This document shows positions 10,752-21,376 of a DNA stretch of 64,000 nt, in pieces. How positions within the stretch are numbered: the stretch's first letter is position 1; every line of letters begins with the position of its first letter. Made by a program: the position numbers and the translations under genes. This DNA comes from an uncultured virus (IMG/VR IMGVR_UViG_3300021256_003716) (taxonomy: Duplodnaviria > Heunggongvirae > Uroviricota > Caudoviricetes): IMG/VR virus record IMGVR_UViG_3300021256_003716. The stretch is one strand, 5' to 3'. The notes under the pieces were generated by a model that made no database searches, had not been told where the DNA came from, and saw only the letters and a program-made list of their open reading frames with translations.

Positions 10752-11675
10752 ATGGTATATATTGATAGCGACGGAGTTTTATCAGACTTTGATCAATGGA
10801 TAAGAGATAAAACTCATAAGAATAGTAATAGTTCTGAGGATGTTCTTAGAACTTTAATAAAGTATCAGGATGAAGCTTTCTTAGCATCTAAGCCTATTAA
10901 GAAAAATAATTGGCTTAGAAAGATGATGAAAACATCAGACTTTAGGGTTCTTACAGCTTTACCTTATGGTGATGATTTCCGTGCGCTATTTAATTCTGAA
11001 TCAGCTTATATAGATTGTTTAGATAAGCTAAAAGAAAATAAATATCGATGGTTTGAAAATATTGGCGTACCGAGGGATAAGGTAATTATTACTAGTACAA
11101 GACGCGAAAAGTTCAATTATTGTAAATCAAAAGACGATATTCTTTATGATGATTTCCCTGATACTGTGCGTACTTGGCGAGATTATGGTGGAAGAGCGTA
11201 CCTTGTAAAAAATCCTAAGAGTAGAGCACAAAAAGATGATTACGAACTTTATGCACTTAAAAACTTTGATAAAATTAAAGATACTATTAGGAAAGGATTA
11301 AAAAGATACTACTTAAATCAATGTTTTATTAAGTACTATCCTATGAAAGATTATTATGACTGTTATGAGATTGCGGAATTAGATACAAATTATGCAATAA
11401 AAGAGATTGTTTCTACAAATATATTTTATAATCCTTTTACTGGTAAAATGTGTTTAAGAGGTAAATCAAGAAATCTTCTTGTACTAACTGCATCCAATAA
11501 GACAGAAACATTAATTGAGTATCTCGTACATTGTTTTCCTGTACTCTTTCCTAAAATAAAGAAAAACTCTTTTTATAAGGATAATTTTAATGATGGTGAT
11601 ACTTTAACTAATCTAGAAATGTATATTCCTGATGATTATAAAAAGTCGGGTATGTCACTTAAGAAAATTTACTAA
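10752..11675 (+). CDS. HAD-family 5'(3')-deoxyribonucleotidase-like protein with C-terminal extension
   Basis: VYIDSDGVLSDF (DxDGV), VLTA, K..WF, ILYDD..DTV..W...GG. Confidence 0.8.
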   Translation: MVYIDSDGVLSDFDQWIRDKTHKNSNSSEDVLRTLIKYQDEAFLASKPIKKNNWLRKMMKTSDFRVLTALPYGDDFRALFNSESAYIDCLDKLKENKYRWFENIGVPRDKVIITSTRREKFNYCKSKDDILYDDFPDTVRTWRDYGGRAYLVKNPKSRAQKDDYELYALKNFDKIKDTIRKGLKRYYLNQCFIKYYPMKDYYDCYEIAELDTNYAIKEIVSTNIFYNPFTGKMCLRGKSRNLLVLTASNKTETLIEYLVHCFPVLFPKIKKNSFYKDNFNDGDTLTNLEMYIPDDYKKSGMSLKKIY

Positions 11676-11681
11676 AAAATG

Positions 11682-11705
11682 AAAGCTGCCAAATGGGCAG
11701 CTTTT
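11682..11705. terminator. Bidirectional terminator between convergent genes
   Basis: AAAGCTGCC-aaatg-GGCAGCTTTT. Confidence 0.7.
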
Positions 11706-11707
11706 AA

Positions 11708-11968
11708 TTATAACCAACTTACTGAATTTTTACCTTTTTTTGATCTTTGTATATCACAAAAGAAATCATCTATAATTCTTTTTGCATATTCTTTATCTGA
11801 ATTATTTGTAGTTTTTTCTAATATATCAATAGCAGTTTCATAAGGAGATTCATAGTGTAAAAAATCCTTTGGCTGGCAATGATATTCATTTAATAAATAT
11901 GAGAATACAAAATCCACTAATTTTCCTGATTTGTATTTATCATATATTTCGTCTTTATTTACAGTCAT
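11708..11968 (-). CDS. Hypothetical protein
   Basis: AGGAG RBS and CTAATT motif upstream on the minus strand. Confidence 0.65.
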   Translation of the reverse strand: MTVNKDEIYDKYKSGKLVDFVFSYLLNEYHCQPKDFLHYESPYETAIDILEKTTNNSDKEYAKRIIDDFFCDIQRSKKGKNSVSWL

Positions 11969-12070
11969 TTTTATTCTCCTAAAAACTATCTTTAATTAGT
12001 TTTGGGCTTGAATAACTATAGACAACATATTATATATAGAAGAGTGAAAGGTTCACTCTGGGAGTTGATT

Positions 12071-12283
12071 ATGGAAGATAAGAGAATTACAGTTAAAGAC
12101 CTTAAGGCTTGGTTGGCTGATAAGGACGACAAAGCTGAAGTTTTCGTTGAGAAGTATGCCAATAATCATAGCAAAGAATTTCTTATTGTAAGAGAGTGGG
12201 ATGAAAAAGGGAAGCTTGATGAAAAGGAATTGCTTGTGGCGTCAATTATGCTTGACGAGCCAGTCATTAAAGATGATGACTAA
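12071..12283 (+). CDS. Hypothetical protein
   Basis: GGGAG RBS before ATG 12071; ACATATTATA motif upstream; terminator downstream. Confidence 0.65.
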   Translation: MEDKRITVKDLKAWLADKDDKAEVFVEKYANNHSKEFLIVREWDEKGKLDEKELLVASIMLDEPVIKDDD

Positions 12284-12301
12284 ACAAACTTCAAAAATGT
12301 G

Positions 12302-12329
12302 AAAGACCGGTACTTACCGGTCTTTTTTT
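12302..12329 (+). terminator. Intrinsic terminator
   Basis: AAAGACCGGTA-ct-TACCGGTCTTTTTTT. Confidence 0.8.
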
Positions 12330-12459
12330 ATTTCTCTCATTAACTTTTAAAGCTACATAACTAACTAAATATAAAAATTATCTTAGGATAATTGGCTTTA
12401 AAAATCTTCGTGGTGGGCGTTTTAAATTACGTGCCACAATATATGGGAGAAATAAATCA

Positions 12460-14802
12460 ATGGCAAGACAGCTATTACGTGAAAGTATTTGTATGAATTC
12501 TTCATACTATACAGACATCACTGACTCTGCTCCAGCTGCTATTAAGGAATCAATGAATAAAAATCCTCATGTAGCAATGGACAATCTTAATGAATCTATA
12601 TCAGTTTCTGATTCTGAAGTTAAGAGTGCAATTTGTCAGATGAAAGAAGCTAAAACTATTAGCGATAGTATCGTTAATGCAGTTGTTACAAAGCTTCGTG
12701 AGCGTGGTGTTTCCCTTAATGAAAGAAAAATTTATCGTGTACCTGTAGGACGTTGGGATAATATCAATGGAAACCGCAGACGCTACACAAAGAAACTTTG
12801 GGAAAACGTTATGAATAACCAGCAATCAGCTTGGAAAGGACTTTGTGGTTTAGCTGACCATCCTTCTGCTGATAATGACCCTGGTTCAATCAAAAACTCA
12901 GCTATCGTTTGGCTCGGAATGGAGCTTGATGATGTTGAAAAAATCGTATATGGTATTGGTACATTCGTTGGTGCTCTTGGACATATGTTCCAGGAAATTA
13001 TTGATGCGGGTGGACGTGTAGGTTTCAGCTCTTCTGGTTTCGGTGAAATCATGGCTGATGGACAGACAGTAAATCCAGATACATACCAAATTGAACGCCT
13101 CGCAGACGTTGTACTTAATCCTTCACAAGATGTTTATGGAGAAATCTCTGATGAACAGAAGGGATTAGGAAATATTGAATACGAAAAACAAACAGCTGTA
13201 GTTAATGAATCTACTACAATCACATCTAACAATACAATTAAGGAATCAGTAAACATGGAAAATACAAGACCATCTATCCTTTCAAAGGTAGAAGAGAAAG
13301 CCTTCAGAAACTATGTTAAGGCTTTTATTGAAGACTCAAATAACATTAAATCACCAAATGACCAGCTTAAAGAATTGAAGAGCATTAATGAAATGTTCGC
13401 AGAAGGCGTAGCTCCTGATCTTAAAGCTCAGCTCGAAGAAAAAATTGCTACAAAGCAAGCTGAACTTGAAGCTCTTATTGAAGAAGCAGTTACAATGAAA
13501 GAAGAACTCGGTGTTGATTCTCTTGAAGAAATCACTGAGGGCACAAAGCGTGTAATTGAAGAAGGCGCTGAACTTGCTAAGCAGGTTGAAAACTATAAAG
13601 CAATTGTAGAAGGAATGACAGAAAAGAATAAAGAACTTTCTGCAAAAGTTACAACTCTTGAAGAGTCTAATAAAGAGAAAGATGCTACAATTGAAAATCT
13701 TACAAAAGAAAATACAAGCTTAAATGAATCTGTTAAAGACCTTGCTGTAAAGGTAACAGTTAAAGAAGCAGAAGCTCTTGAGAATGCAGATAAGATTACT
13801 GAGTCTACAGCAGCTGACGCCGCTAAGATTGCAGAACTTACCGCTAAGTTGGAAGAATCTGAAAAGACAATTGCTGAAGCTAATGCTAATAAGCTTCGTA
13901 TTGACGAATCAATTCATGTTAGCGAACTTAAACTTGCTAATGCTGAAAAAGAAAATAAAGAACTTTCTGAGGCTCTTACAAAAGCAAATCTTAAGCTTAA
14001 GATTCGTGAAGAGCGCGCAGAAAAAGATACAATGAGCCGCAACGCAACTGTTGTTCAGGTTCAGGAAGCTTTGGATAAAGCTAATGAAGACCTTGCTAAT
14101 CTCAAGAAAACTTCTGAGGCTCAGATTGCAGAGCTCAATACAAAAGTTAATCAGTACCGTGAAGGTAATGAAAAACTTGAAAAGACTTGCAGCTTGCTCG
14201 AAGGCAAAGTTAAAACTGCAAATTCTATGTTGAATAATCTTTCCACAGCTAACACTGCTCTTAATGAATCTATTAAGACTATTAAAGATACAGCTTCAGC
14301 TGATAAAGATGCATTTGTTAAGAATCTTAATGAATCAATTGCAAAGATTAACGAGAATGGTTCTTATGAGCTTAAGCTTGATCCTAACGGAACTCTTACC
14401 GTAAATGTTAATGCTGCTCCTGAAGTTGTAGAGCCTGTAAAGACTGAAGAGCCAGCTGCTGAAGAACCAGCTTTTGATGATTTCGAAGAATCTAAATCTA
14501 AAAAACTTGGACAGTATATGGACTTCCGTGAGTCTCTTCCAATTGAAAAATATTGGGCTGACCAGCTTTCTCAGTTCGGTGAAGCTTTAATTCCATTTGA
14601 GCACAAAATCCGTGATGCTAAAACTCTTGCTGAAGCACAGCGTGAGTTCTTCAAAGCTCTTCCATTCATTTCTAGTAAGATTAATGAAGCTCGTATCAAT
14701 CCAAAATTGGTTCGTCAGGAAAGACTTGAAGAAGCTAAACTCCCAATTACTCCAAAGAAAACACCTAGCCAGTCAATGGCTGCTAAGTTTGGATTACTCT
14801 AA
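12460..14802 (+). CDS. Prohead core protease (T4 gp21-like) fused to a long coiled-coil scaffold domain
   Basis: NGNRRRY, GLADHP (catalytic His), VGFSSSGFG (catalytic Ser), DVVLNPS; then about 500 aa of E/K-rich coiled coil with repeated L/I-x-E-S sites. Confidence 0.85.
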   Translation: MARQLLRESICMNSSYYTDITDSAPAAIKESMNKNPHVAMDNLNESISVSDSEVKSAICQMKEAKTISDSIVNAVVTKLRERGVSLNERKIYRVPVGRWDNINGNRRRYTKKLWENVMNNQQSAWKGLCGLADHPSADNDPGSIKNSAIVWLGMELDDVEKIVYGIGTFVGALGHMFQEIIDAGGRVGFSSSGFGEIMADGQTVNPDTYQIERLADVVLNPSQDVYGEISDEQKGLGNIEYEKQTAVVNESTTITSNNTIKESVNMENTRPSILSKVEEKAFRNYVKAFIEDSNNIKSPNDQLKELKSINEMFAEGVAPDLKAQLEEKIATKQAELEALIEEAVTMKEELGVDSLEEITEGTKRVIEEGAELAKQVENYKAIVEGMTEKNKELSAKVTTLEESNKEKDATIENLTKENTSLNESVKDLAVKVTVKEAEALENADKITESTAADAAKIAELTAKLEESEKTIAEANANKLRIDESIHVSELKLANAEKENKELSEALTKANLKLKIREERAEKDTMSRNATVVQVQEALDKANEDLANLKKTSEAQIAELNTKVNQYREGNEKLEKTCSLLEGKVKTANSMLNNLSTANTALNESIKTIKDTASADKDAFVKNLNESIAKINENGSYELKLDPNGTLTVNVNAAPEVVEPVKTEEPAAEEPAFDDFEESKSKKLGQYMDFRESLPIEKYWADQLSQFGEALIPFEHKIRDAKTLAEAQREFFKALPFISSKINEARINPKLVRQERLEEAKLPITPKKTPSQSMAAKFGLL

Positions 14803-14869
14803 TCTAAATTACTAATCAGAGTGGCATACAATACTGTATGCCACATTTTACAATTAAAGGGAAATAAAA

Positions 14870-17167
14870 ATGGATTATAGTATATACTTAAAAATGGGTA
14901 TTAAAGCTGCGCTTCAGGAAACTTCTGATCCTATACGAGATGAATCTCTTGGAGAAACCGCTAAAGGCGCAAAAGCAGTACTTGAAGGATACCTTAAAGA
15001 CAAAAATCCTAATGTAGATGTAGACGCTGCAATTAACCAAATTAAAAGATTTATTGATCATCTCAAAGAACATGAGAGTGAGCTCTCTGATATAGAGAGA
15101 GACTTCTTAAAAGGATATACGGAATTCTTAGATAATTTTAAAAAAGCTATAAGCAATGAAAAACCTGAGACCTCAGAAGGTACAAATGAAAATGCAAGTG
15201 TACCTACTGATGAAGCCTCAGATTCAGAGGAAGATCCTTTTGAACATGCTTTAAAAATTATAAATACATCCGCAGACCCAAATGAGCGAGCTGAAGCGGA
15301 AGCCTTGATTCAAAGCTATATAGCAGGGGCTATGGCAGGGCAGACAGCAGCTAATGGAGATGATCTTTATGACTACGCAGAAGCTATAGTGCCTTATTTA
15401 GAAGATAAAACTAAAGATGATATTGAGAATCTTAAAAAAGCTAGCTCTGACCAGTTAAAGGATAATCAAAATATAATTAGAGAGCTTAAAAATAAGATTG
15501 CAAAAGATAAATTTTTTGAATCACATTTTAAGAGTTCTGAACAAATTTTTAGTATTATAAATCATTTATATAAGCCAGAAGGCCAAGAAATTAGAATTCT
15601 TGAAGAAAATCCCAATATAGTTTCCGAGCAACTTAATAGTTCTGAAGTAATACCTGGTACGCAAGATGAAGAGCATCCTAATGGCAAAACAGCTAAAGAA
15701 ATTTGGCTTGAGGGCTTTAGAGATTTAGCAATCTTAAATAGAAATGTTAATAAAGTTAAAAAAGAAGCTGAGAGTCTTGGTTTAGGTACAGATATGACGG
15801 GCATTCTTACTACAATTGGTACTGTTTGCGCAGCTATTGGTACAGTAGGATCATTCGCAACAAGGTTTATACCTATGGACCCTATTACTAAAAAAATAGT
15901 AAGAGGCGCATTTAAGTCTGTTACTGGTTTAGGAGGCATGTTAACCTCTACTCCTAATGCTATCAAAGCATTTAAGTCAGGAGATAAAAAGAAAGGACTC
16001 GCATTATTAGCGGGCTCAGTAGTATCTGCTACTGTAATCGCATCCGGTATTAAAGATGTAACTGCTGGCGTTCAATGGTCTAGTGCTCAAAGTATGATGA
16101 ACCAAATGCTAGATAATCCTGACCAGCTTAAAGCTGATATAGATAAAAAATTGGAAAATCCAAAATTAAATGATGCACAACGTGCTTCTTTGGTAAATGC
16201 TAGAAGTGCTATAGATACTGTACAAGCAGCGCAGGCTGAACATGTAGCTACACCTGAAGAACTTAAAGAACTTGTAAATAATCCTACAAATAGAGCCCAG
16301 ATGTTAGATACTATCAATGGTGAACTTCATGATAATGTAGATAAAGCAATAGAGGCACGACAGGAACAAGAAGCTCTTGCAGCTATGGACGAAATGAATG
16401 CAGCTAGTGAAACTGCTGCTGCTAATGGTGGTACATATGCTCCTCAAGACCTTCTAAAATATGTTAATGAAAGGGCTGGTACTGGCGCTAATGGTGGATG
16501 GCTAAACTCATCTTTAGGCAATAATCCAGAAATGGATAGACAAGCTAGAGAACTTTTAAATAGCCACCCCGATATTAAGGTCTCTACTGAAAAAATTATG
16601 CAAGCGCAGACGGAATTAAATAAGGCTAATAATGCGTTAGCTCTTAGCCAGTCTGAAATGCAAACAGCCTTAGAAAAAATTCAAAACTCTGAATCTCTTG
16701 AAGGTTATGGTTTTGACAAAGGAATGAAAAAACAGCTAGGTGATGCTTATGGTGATTTCACTAAAATGGGATCAGGTAAATCGAAGACTTGGGCAGTAGC
16801 TAATATTACTAACCTAGAAAATGACTTTAAGAATATGTTATCTGGTAATGAAGCAGCTATTCCAGAAGAAAGGCTTAGTGCATGTAAGGCATTAGTTAAT
16901 CAAGCAAATGCAGATAGTCTTGCTGGTAAAGAAACTCCATTTACAAGCTTGCTTAAAGGCTATAAAGACTTAGGTGCAGCTCAAGCTAAAGTTGATATTG
17001 CAACAACTGCTGTTAATAGTGCTAAGCGTGTACTTGACAGTACTGTTAGCACACAAGGGATTCAGCTCACAACATTAGAGCATCAACCACGTAATATTGG
17101 TTTTGTAAATCCTTCAACAAATGCAACATCAACCGGTGTTCCTACATTTAATACTGTGAACATCTAA
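14870..17167 (+). CDS. Putative virion internal/ejection protein
   Basis: Follows the prohead protease; A/Q/N-rich helical protein with central hydrophobic segments; N-terminal LQE site. Confidence 0.5.
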   Translation: MDYSIYLKMGIKAALQETSDPIRDESLGETAKGAKAVLEGYLKDKNPNVDVDAAINQIKRFIDHLKEHESELSDIERDFLKGYTEFLDNFKKAISNEKPETSEGTNENASVPTDEASDSEEDPFEHALKIINTSADPNERAEAEALIQSYIAGAMAGQTAANGDDLYDYAEAIVPYLEDKTKDDIENLKKASSDQLKDNQNIIRELKNKIAKDKFFESHFKSSEQIFSIINHLYKPEGQEIRILEENPNIVSEQLNSSEVIPGTQDEEHPNGKTAKEIWLEGFRDLAILNRNVNKVKKEAESLGLGTDMTGILTTIGTVCAAIGTVGSFATRFIPMDPITKKIVRGAFKSVTGLGGMLTSTPNAIKAFKSGDKKKGLALLAGSVVSATVIASGIKDVTAGVQWSSAQSMMNQMLDNPDQLKADIDKKLENPKLNDAQRASLVNARSAIDTVQAAQAEHVATPEELKELVNNPTNRAQMLDTINGELHDNVDKAIEARQEQEALAAMDEMNAASETAAANGGTYAPQDLLKYVNERAGTGANGGWLNSSLGNNPEMDRQARELLNSHPDIKVSTEKIMQAQTELNKANNALALSQSEMQTALEKIQNSESLEGYGFDKGMKKQLGDAYGDFTKMGSGKSKTWAVANITNLENDFKNMLSGNEAAIPEERLSACKALVNQANADSLAGKETPFTSLLKGYKDLGAAQAKVDIATTAVNSAKRVLDSTVSTQGIQLTTLEHQPRNIGFVNPSTNATSTGVPTFNTVNI

Positions 17168-17211
17168 TCTAAATAGAGAGCTTTAAGCTCTCTATATTGG
17201 GAGATATATAA

Positions 17212-17700
17212 ATGACAAAACTTGAAGAACAAGAATTATACTATGAAAATATATTAGATAAGCTTTGCAGTATGAATGAAGCTGAACAGCAGGCTTATCT
17301 TTCTAGAATGACTGAAGCTGACGCTGCCAGAGTTATGAAAGCTATGGTAAGAAAAGTATCTAAAAACCTTGCTAAATCAAAAAAAGGTCTTAATAAAATT
17401 AAGACTAAAATAACTAAAGCTCCAGCTGATGTACAGAATAAGGTTGCTAATAGCCGTTTAATTGGCGATAGGGGCGACTTAAGTGCAGCACTTAAAGAAA
17501 TTGAGCTTTTTGAAACAAAATATCTTCAGCCAACTACTGGCCTTTGGGCAAAAATGGTAGATAATCCATATGAAACTCCAGGTGCAGAAGATATTACTAA
17601 AAAGGACTTAAAGCAGATACAAACTGATGCTAACTTCGCAGCCTTGCAGTCAGGCGCTAAATCTACTTTAACTCAACCAACTTCTACGGAGACAAAATAA
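17212..17700 (+). CDS. Putative internal head protein
   Basis: MNEA/MTEA candidate processing sites; in head gene cluster. Confidence 0.5.
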   Translation: MTKLEEQELYYENILDKLCSMNEAEQQAYLSRMTEADAARVMKAMVRKVSKNLAKSKKGLNKIKTKITKAPADVQNKVANSRLIGDRGDLSAALKEIELFETKYLQPTTGLWAKMVDNPYETPGAEDITKKDLKQIQTDANFAALQSGAKSTLTQPTSTETK

Positions 17701-18276
17701 ATGAATGAAGAGCTAAGAGAACAGATGTTAAATGTTATGTTTGGCCCTTCAGAAGAAGAACTAAACGAGGGACTGGGAACAGCAATTAAGCATGGTGCTC
17801 AAAATGTAGTAAATCAGGTTAAGAATGATTTCGCTTTTACCGCTAAACAAAAAGCACAAGCTGCAAATAGAACAGCCACATTAAAAGCTACACAAGCTGC
17901 TGAAAATGCAGGTAATAAACAAATAAAGAATGCTAAAAAAGCTGGTAAAACTGCATATAAAGATATAATGTCAAAATGGTCAATTAAGTCTGCAAATCAA
18001 GCTATGCAAAATGCAGTAAATGCAAATGATATTGATACACTTGTTAGTGGCCTAGAATATGCTATTTGTGGTATTAATATTTTAGGTGCTAGTAAAGCTC
18101 AAGGTGAACAATCTTTTGAACAGCAACAAAATGTTCAAGATGCTGATAAAAATAATAAAAATGCTGGAAATGCAAATGTAGAAGCAGCTAAGAATAATAA
18201 GGCTAACGCAATGGCGGCTACTCAAAATGTTTCTGGTAATAATATGCAGAATCAAGGAGGACAAAATAATGGCTAA
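17701..18276 (+). CDS. Putative internal head protein (A/N/Q-rich)
   Basis: LRE and LNEG sites near the N-terminus. Confidence 0.5.
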   Translation: MNEELREQMLNVMFGPSEEELNEGLGTAIKHGAQNVVNQVKNDFAFTAKQKAQAANRTATLKATQAAENAGNKQIKNAKKAGKTAYKDIMSKWSIKSANQAMQNAVNANDIDTLVSGLEYAICGINILGASKAQGEQSFEQQQNVQDADKNNKNAGNANVEAAKNNKANAMAATQNVSGNNMQNQGGQNNG

Positions 18277-18805
18277 TTGGTCTTTAGGTAATGGTGTTCT
18301 TCCCTCTGAGCATCTTAATGAATCTCAGGATACTGGTAAAGTTAAAAATGCTATAAAAGCGCTTGAAGCAACTTATGCTGCATATAATGGATATATGACT
18401 AAAGCAAAAGCTGGAAGCCAAGATGGCTCTATAACCGATCAAAAAAGTTATCAGCAGGCTATTCAAAGCTTAGATAAATTAGGACAGGCTATTACTAGTG
18501 TGAAACAAGTCCTTGAGTTTTTTCAGAAAGGCTTAGTAACTGGAAATAAAAAACTTGGTGGCGGATTAAATCAGCAAACTTTAGATGCACTTATTAAAGG
18601 ATGCGAAGCAAAATTTAATGAGATTAAGTCTAAAATGACTGGAAATGTCCAGGCTAATGGGCAAAATCAAAATACTCAGCAGAATACACAACAGCAGCCT
18701 AATCAGCAGAATGCACAGAATAACATACAACAGATTACTACTGCATTACAAAATGCAACGCCTGAACAGCTACAACAAATTGCACAAATTTTAGGGAATA
18801 AATAA
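18269..18805 (+). CDS. Putative internal head protein (Q/N-rich tail)
   Basis: AGGAGG RBS before ATG 18269; HLNES site. Confidence 0.55.
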   Translation: MANWSLGNGVLPSEHLNESQDTGKVKNAIKALEATYAAYNGYMTKAKAGSQDGSITDQKSYQQAIQSLDKLGQAITSVKQVLEFFQKGLVTGNKKLGGGLNQQTLDALIKGCEAKFNEIKSKMTGNVQANGQNQNTQQNTQQQPNQQNAQNNIQQITTALQNATPEQLQQIAQILGNK

Positions 18806-18809
18806 AAAT

Positions 18810-18834
18810 AAAGCCGGATAAAATCCGGCTTTTT
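18810..18834. terminator. Terminator between convergent genes
   Basis: AAAGCCGGAT-aaa-ATCCGGCTTTTT. Confidence 0.75.
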
Positions 18835-18884
18835 CTTTAGGTTATACCTATTTAATATGTATATATACGAAAATAAGTTATATT

Positions 18885-20420
18885 TTATAGGCCCCCACGA
18901 TTAATAGCGAGTGACTGGGCTAAACTTGATTCATTCCAATAATTTATTACTTCTTCTTCAAGCTCTTTTGATCTTGACTTAAAATCATCTGCATTGAAAG
19001 GTATATTTTGGTCATCTTTTACTAGGGTAAGTAAAGCGCCAACATTACGTAAAGCATATGCTGTACAAAGTTTTCTTACCATTGGTATATCCCAAGCAGG
19101 AATGTGTGAATAGTCTAAGTCTGCGCAAAGCCAGTGAATATTTAGGAATCCCCCTACTGAAGAGTAGCCCTGAACATATTTTTTATTGTCTTCAATAATA
19201 TCGCGTGTATATTCTCTACGGAAATTATTTATATAGCCCTGTCTTGTAGCCATACTCATTAAAGCTGCATCAGATGTTTCTAATCCAACATAACCCGGAA
19301 CTGCTTTTCGGTATCTTAATCCATTTCCCCATTGGAAGCCGCTACCCATAGAGCCCATACCCATCATTTCGGTACGCATAAAATTAAATGCGGTACTATA
19401 AGCAGAAGCATTTGATGAGCCCGCGCCTAGTGTCATATAGGCATCAGCTTTATATGGGATTGCAGTTTTATTTTTTGGGAATAAGTGATATTCTACTTTA
19501 AACTCTTTACCTGCACCCATACTACCAACAGCTTCATCAATAACTAATGGGAATTTACTATAATAAACATCGAGAGCTGGACGAATACACATTTTAACTA
19601 TAGTGTCTTTATTATAAACCATTTCATCTTCATGTAAGAATGGCATTCCTAATTCTGACATTATAATCATATACTCATTATCACTAATAAGAACATCCGA
19701 AGATGTCGCTGCGTCATGTGCTACTGATTCCGCAAAGGGCATAAAGTCTGGTGGGACTTCATCATCGTAATAATTTGATCCAGAATCACTACCACCATCA
19801 CTTCCTACATCAGAGCCTATGTTAGAACCTGAGTCAGAACCTATATTAGAACCCGATGATGGATGCTTAAATGTAATTTTTGCAGCTTCTTCTGGCGTTA
19901 GAATAACTCTAAAGTTTGGTGATTCTACACCTTGATAAAAATAACATAAACCTTCAACATCATCTACTTCTAATTCTGACCAGTTTAAGGGATCAAAGCC
20001 TCTAGATGTATTAACTACGTATTCATAAATACAAAATACATATGCGCCTTCCATTGGACCAGGCTCAGTAACCTTAAAAAGGTTATCCTTAACATACATT
20101 TTTGTATTATTATTTACAGTCATTCCACCTAAAGATTTCCATGTATAGTAAATCTGCTTAGGGTCAGACTTTAATTTTAAAAGATATTCAAGCTTATTCA
20201 TATAAGAATTAGTAATAATGCCTGCTTGTTTCATTATTTTTATAGCTTGTTTATACCTATTACGTCTTACTTTTATAGAATGCTTCTTAGCAAATCTACT
20301 TTTTGGAAATGCCCTTTCTAGTAATGACTTATATTGTGGAAATTCTTTTTTTAAATTTATAAATTTGTTATCTTTATTTAAGTCAACAAATAAATTATAT
20401 TTGGTTAAATCTATAGCCAT
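18885..20420 (-). CDS. Putative virion structural (neck/head-completion-like) protein with internal GS-rich linker
   Basis: IMSELGMP...ALDVYYSKFP segment reminiscent of T4-like neck proteins; weak recognition only. Confidence 0.4.
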   Translation of the reverse strand: MAIDLTKYNLFVDLNKDNKFINLKKEFPQYKSLLERAFPKSRFAKKHSIKVRRNRYKQAIKIMKQAGIITNSYMNKLEYLLKLKSDPKQIYYTWKSLGGMTVNNNTKMYVKDNLFKVTEPGPMEGAYVFCIYEYVVNTSRGFDPLNWSELEVDDVEGLCYFYQGVESPNFRVILTPEEAAKITFKHPSSGSNIGSDSGSNIGSDVGSDGGSDSGSNYYDDEVPPDFMPFAESVAHDAATSSDVLISDNEYMIIMSELGMPFLHEDEMVYNKDTIVKMCIRPALDVYYSKFPLVIDEAVGSMGAGKEFKVEYHLFPKNKTAIPYKADAYMTLGAGSSNASAYSTAFNFMRTEMMGMGSMGSGFQWGNGLRYRKAVPGYVGLETSDAALMSMATRQGYINNFRREYTRDIIEDNKKYVQGYSSVGGFLNIHWLCADLDYSHIPAWDIPMVRKLCTAYALRNVGALLTLVKDDQNIPFNADDFKSRSKELEEEVINYWNESSLAQSLAINRGGL

Positions 20421-20466
20421 AATTATATACTAACATTAAAAAAAGCCCCTATTTAGGGGCCTTATA

Positions 20467-21309
20467 TTATGCAATACAATTTTCTAGCATTCGTTGATGA
20501 AGCTCTAAGAGAGAAGCTTCCAAAACTTGTTCAGTCTGGTGTTCTTTTCCCCACTTTTCTAAGAAAAGTCGCTTACTATGTCTAGTTCTTGGTCCGCGTA
20601 AAATGATTAAAAGGTACATTCTAGTAAGGAAAGCAATTCTTGAATCATGACCGATTACAGTATCTAGCTCACGGATAATAGAATTAAAAACCGTTCCATT
20701 ATCCATAGCAATTACTTTATCTTCTGGTGATAAATAATCTGGTGAAGCTGCTGTAATTGCGCTATCCTCATAAGTCATATTTTCAACTATTTCTTTCTGC
20801 CCATCATCAGAAATAATTTGATTAAGGCTTAAATGGTCATCTTCTGTTTGATACTTATAAAGTGCTTCAACAATCTTCCATTTTACCATACCAGCGAATG
20901 AAGCACCAACATAGAAGTCTGGGTTTTTATTATACTGGCTCATAAATGCTAGAGCAGCAGAAATAGCCTTATCAGATACGTCTTCTGGTTCCATAAACTT
21001 CTTCTTTTTATTTCTTTTAAGAATACAGGAACGTGTATACTGATACATAATCGCAAGCATTTTTGACCAAGTTTCTCTAGAATGGTCTACTGGTTTTGCC
21101 ATTTTAGGCTCTCTGCCAGTAGCTAGAGCACGCTCTAGCTCTTTAGAGTATTTTTCATACTCTTGTTTATATTTATCACGTTCAACAAATAATTGAGTTT
21201 GTAATGCAAATAACTCTTGCTCTGTAGGTGGCTTTTCATCGATAGTACCATAAAAGCCTTTTTCTGCAATTTTATCATTAAGATCGTCTAATATTTCTTC
21301 TTTTGTCAT
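20467..21309 (-). CDS. Putative phage sigma factor (gp55/late-sigma-like)
   Basis: Sigma region-2-like segment EDVSDKAISAALAFMSQYNKNPDF..SFAGMVKWKIVEAL followed by HLSLNQII. Confidence 0.55.
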   Translation of the reverse strand: MTKEEILDDLNDKIAEKGFYGTIDEKPPTEQELFALQTQLFVERDKYKQEYEKYSKELERALATGREPKMAKPVDHSRETWSKMLAIMYQYTRSCILKRNKKKKFMEPEDVSDKAISAALAFMSQYNKNPDFYVGASFAGMVKWKIVEALYKYQTEDDHLSLNQIISDDGQKEIVENMTYEDSAITAASPDYLSPEDKVIAMDNGTVFNSIIRELDTVIGHDSRIAFLTRMYLLIILRGPRTRHSKRLFLEKWGKEHQTEQVLEASLLELHQRMLENCIA

Positions 21310-21376
21310 TACTTGTTAATAATCCTATTTAAAAGTATAGAATAATATTAACAAGTAACTTAAAAAACTGCAGAGC

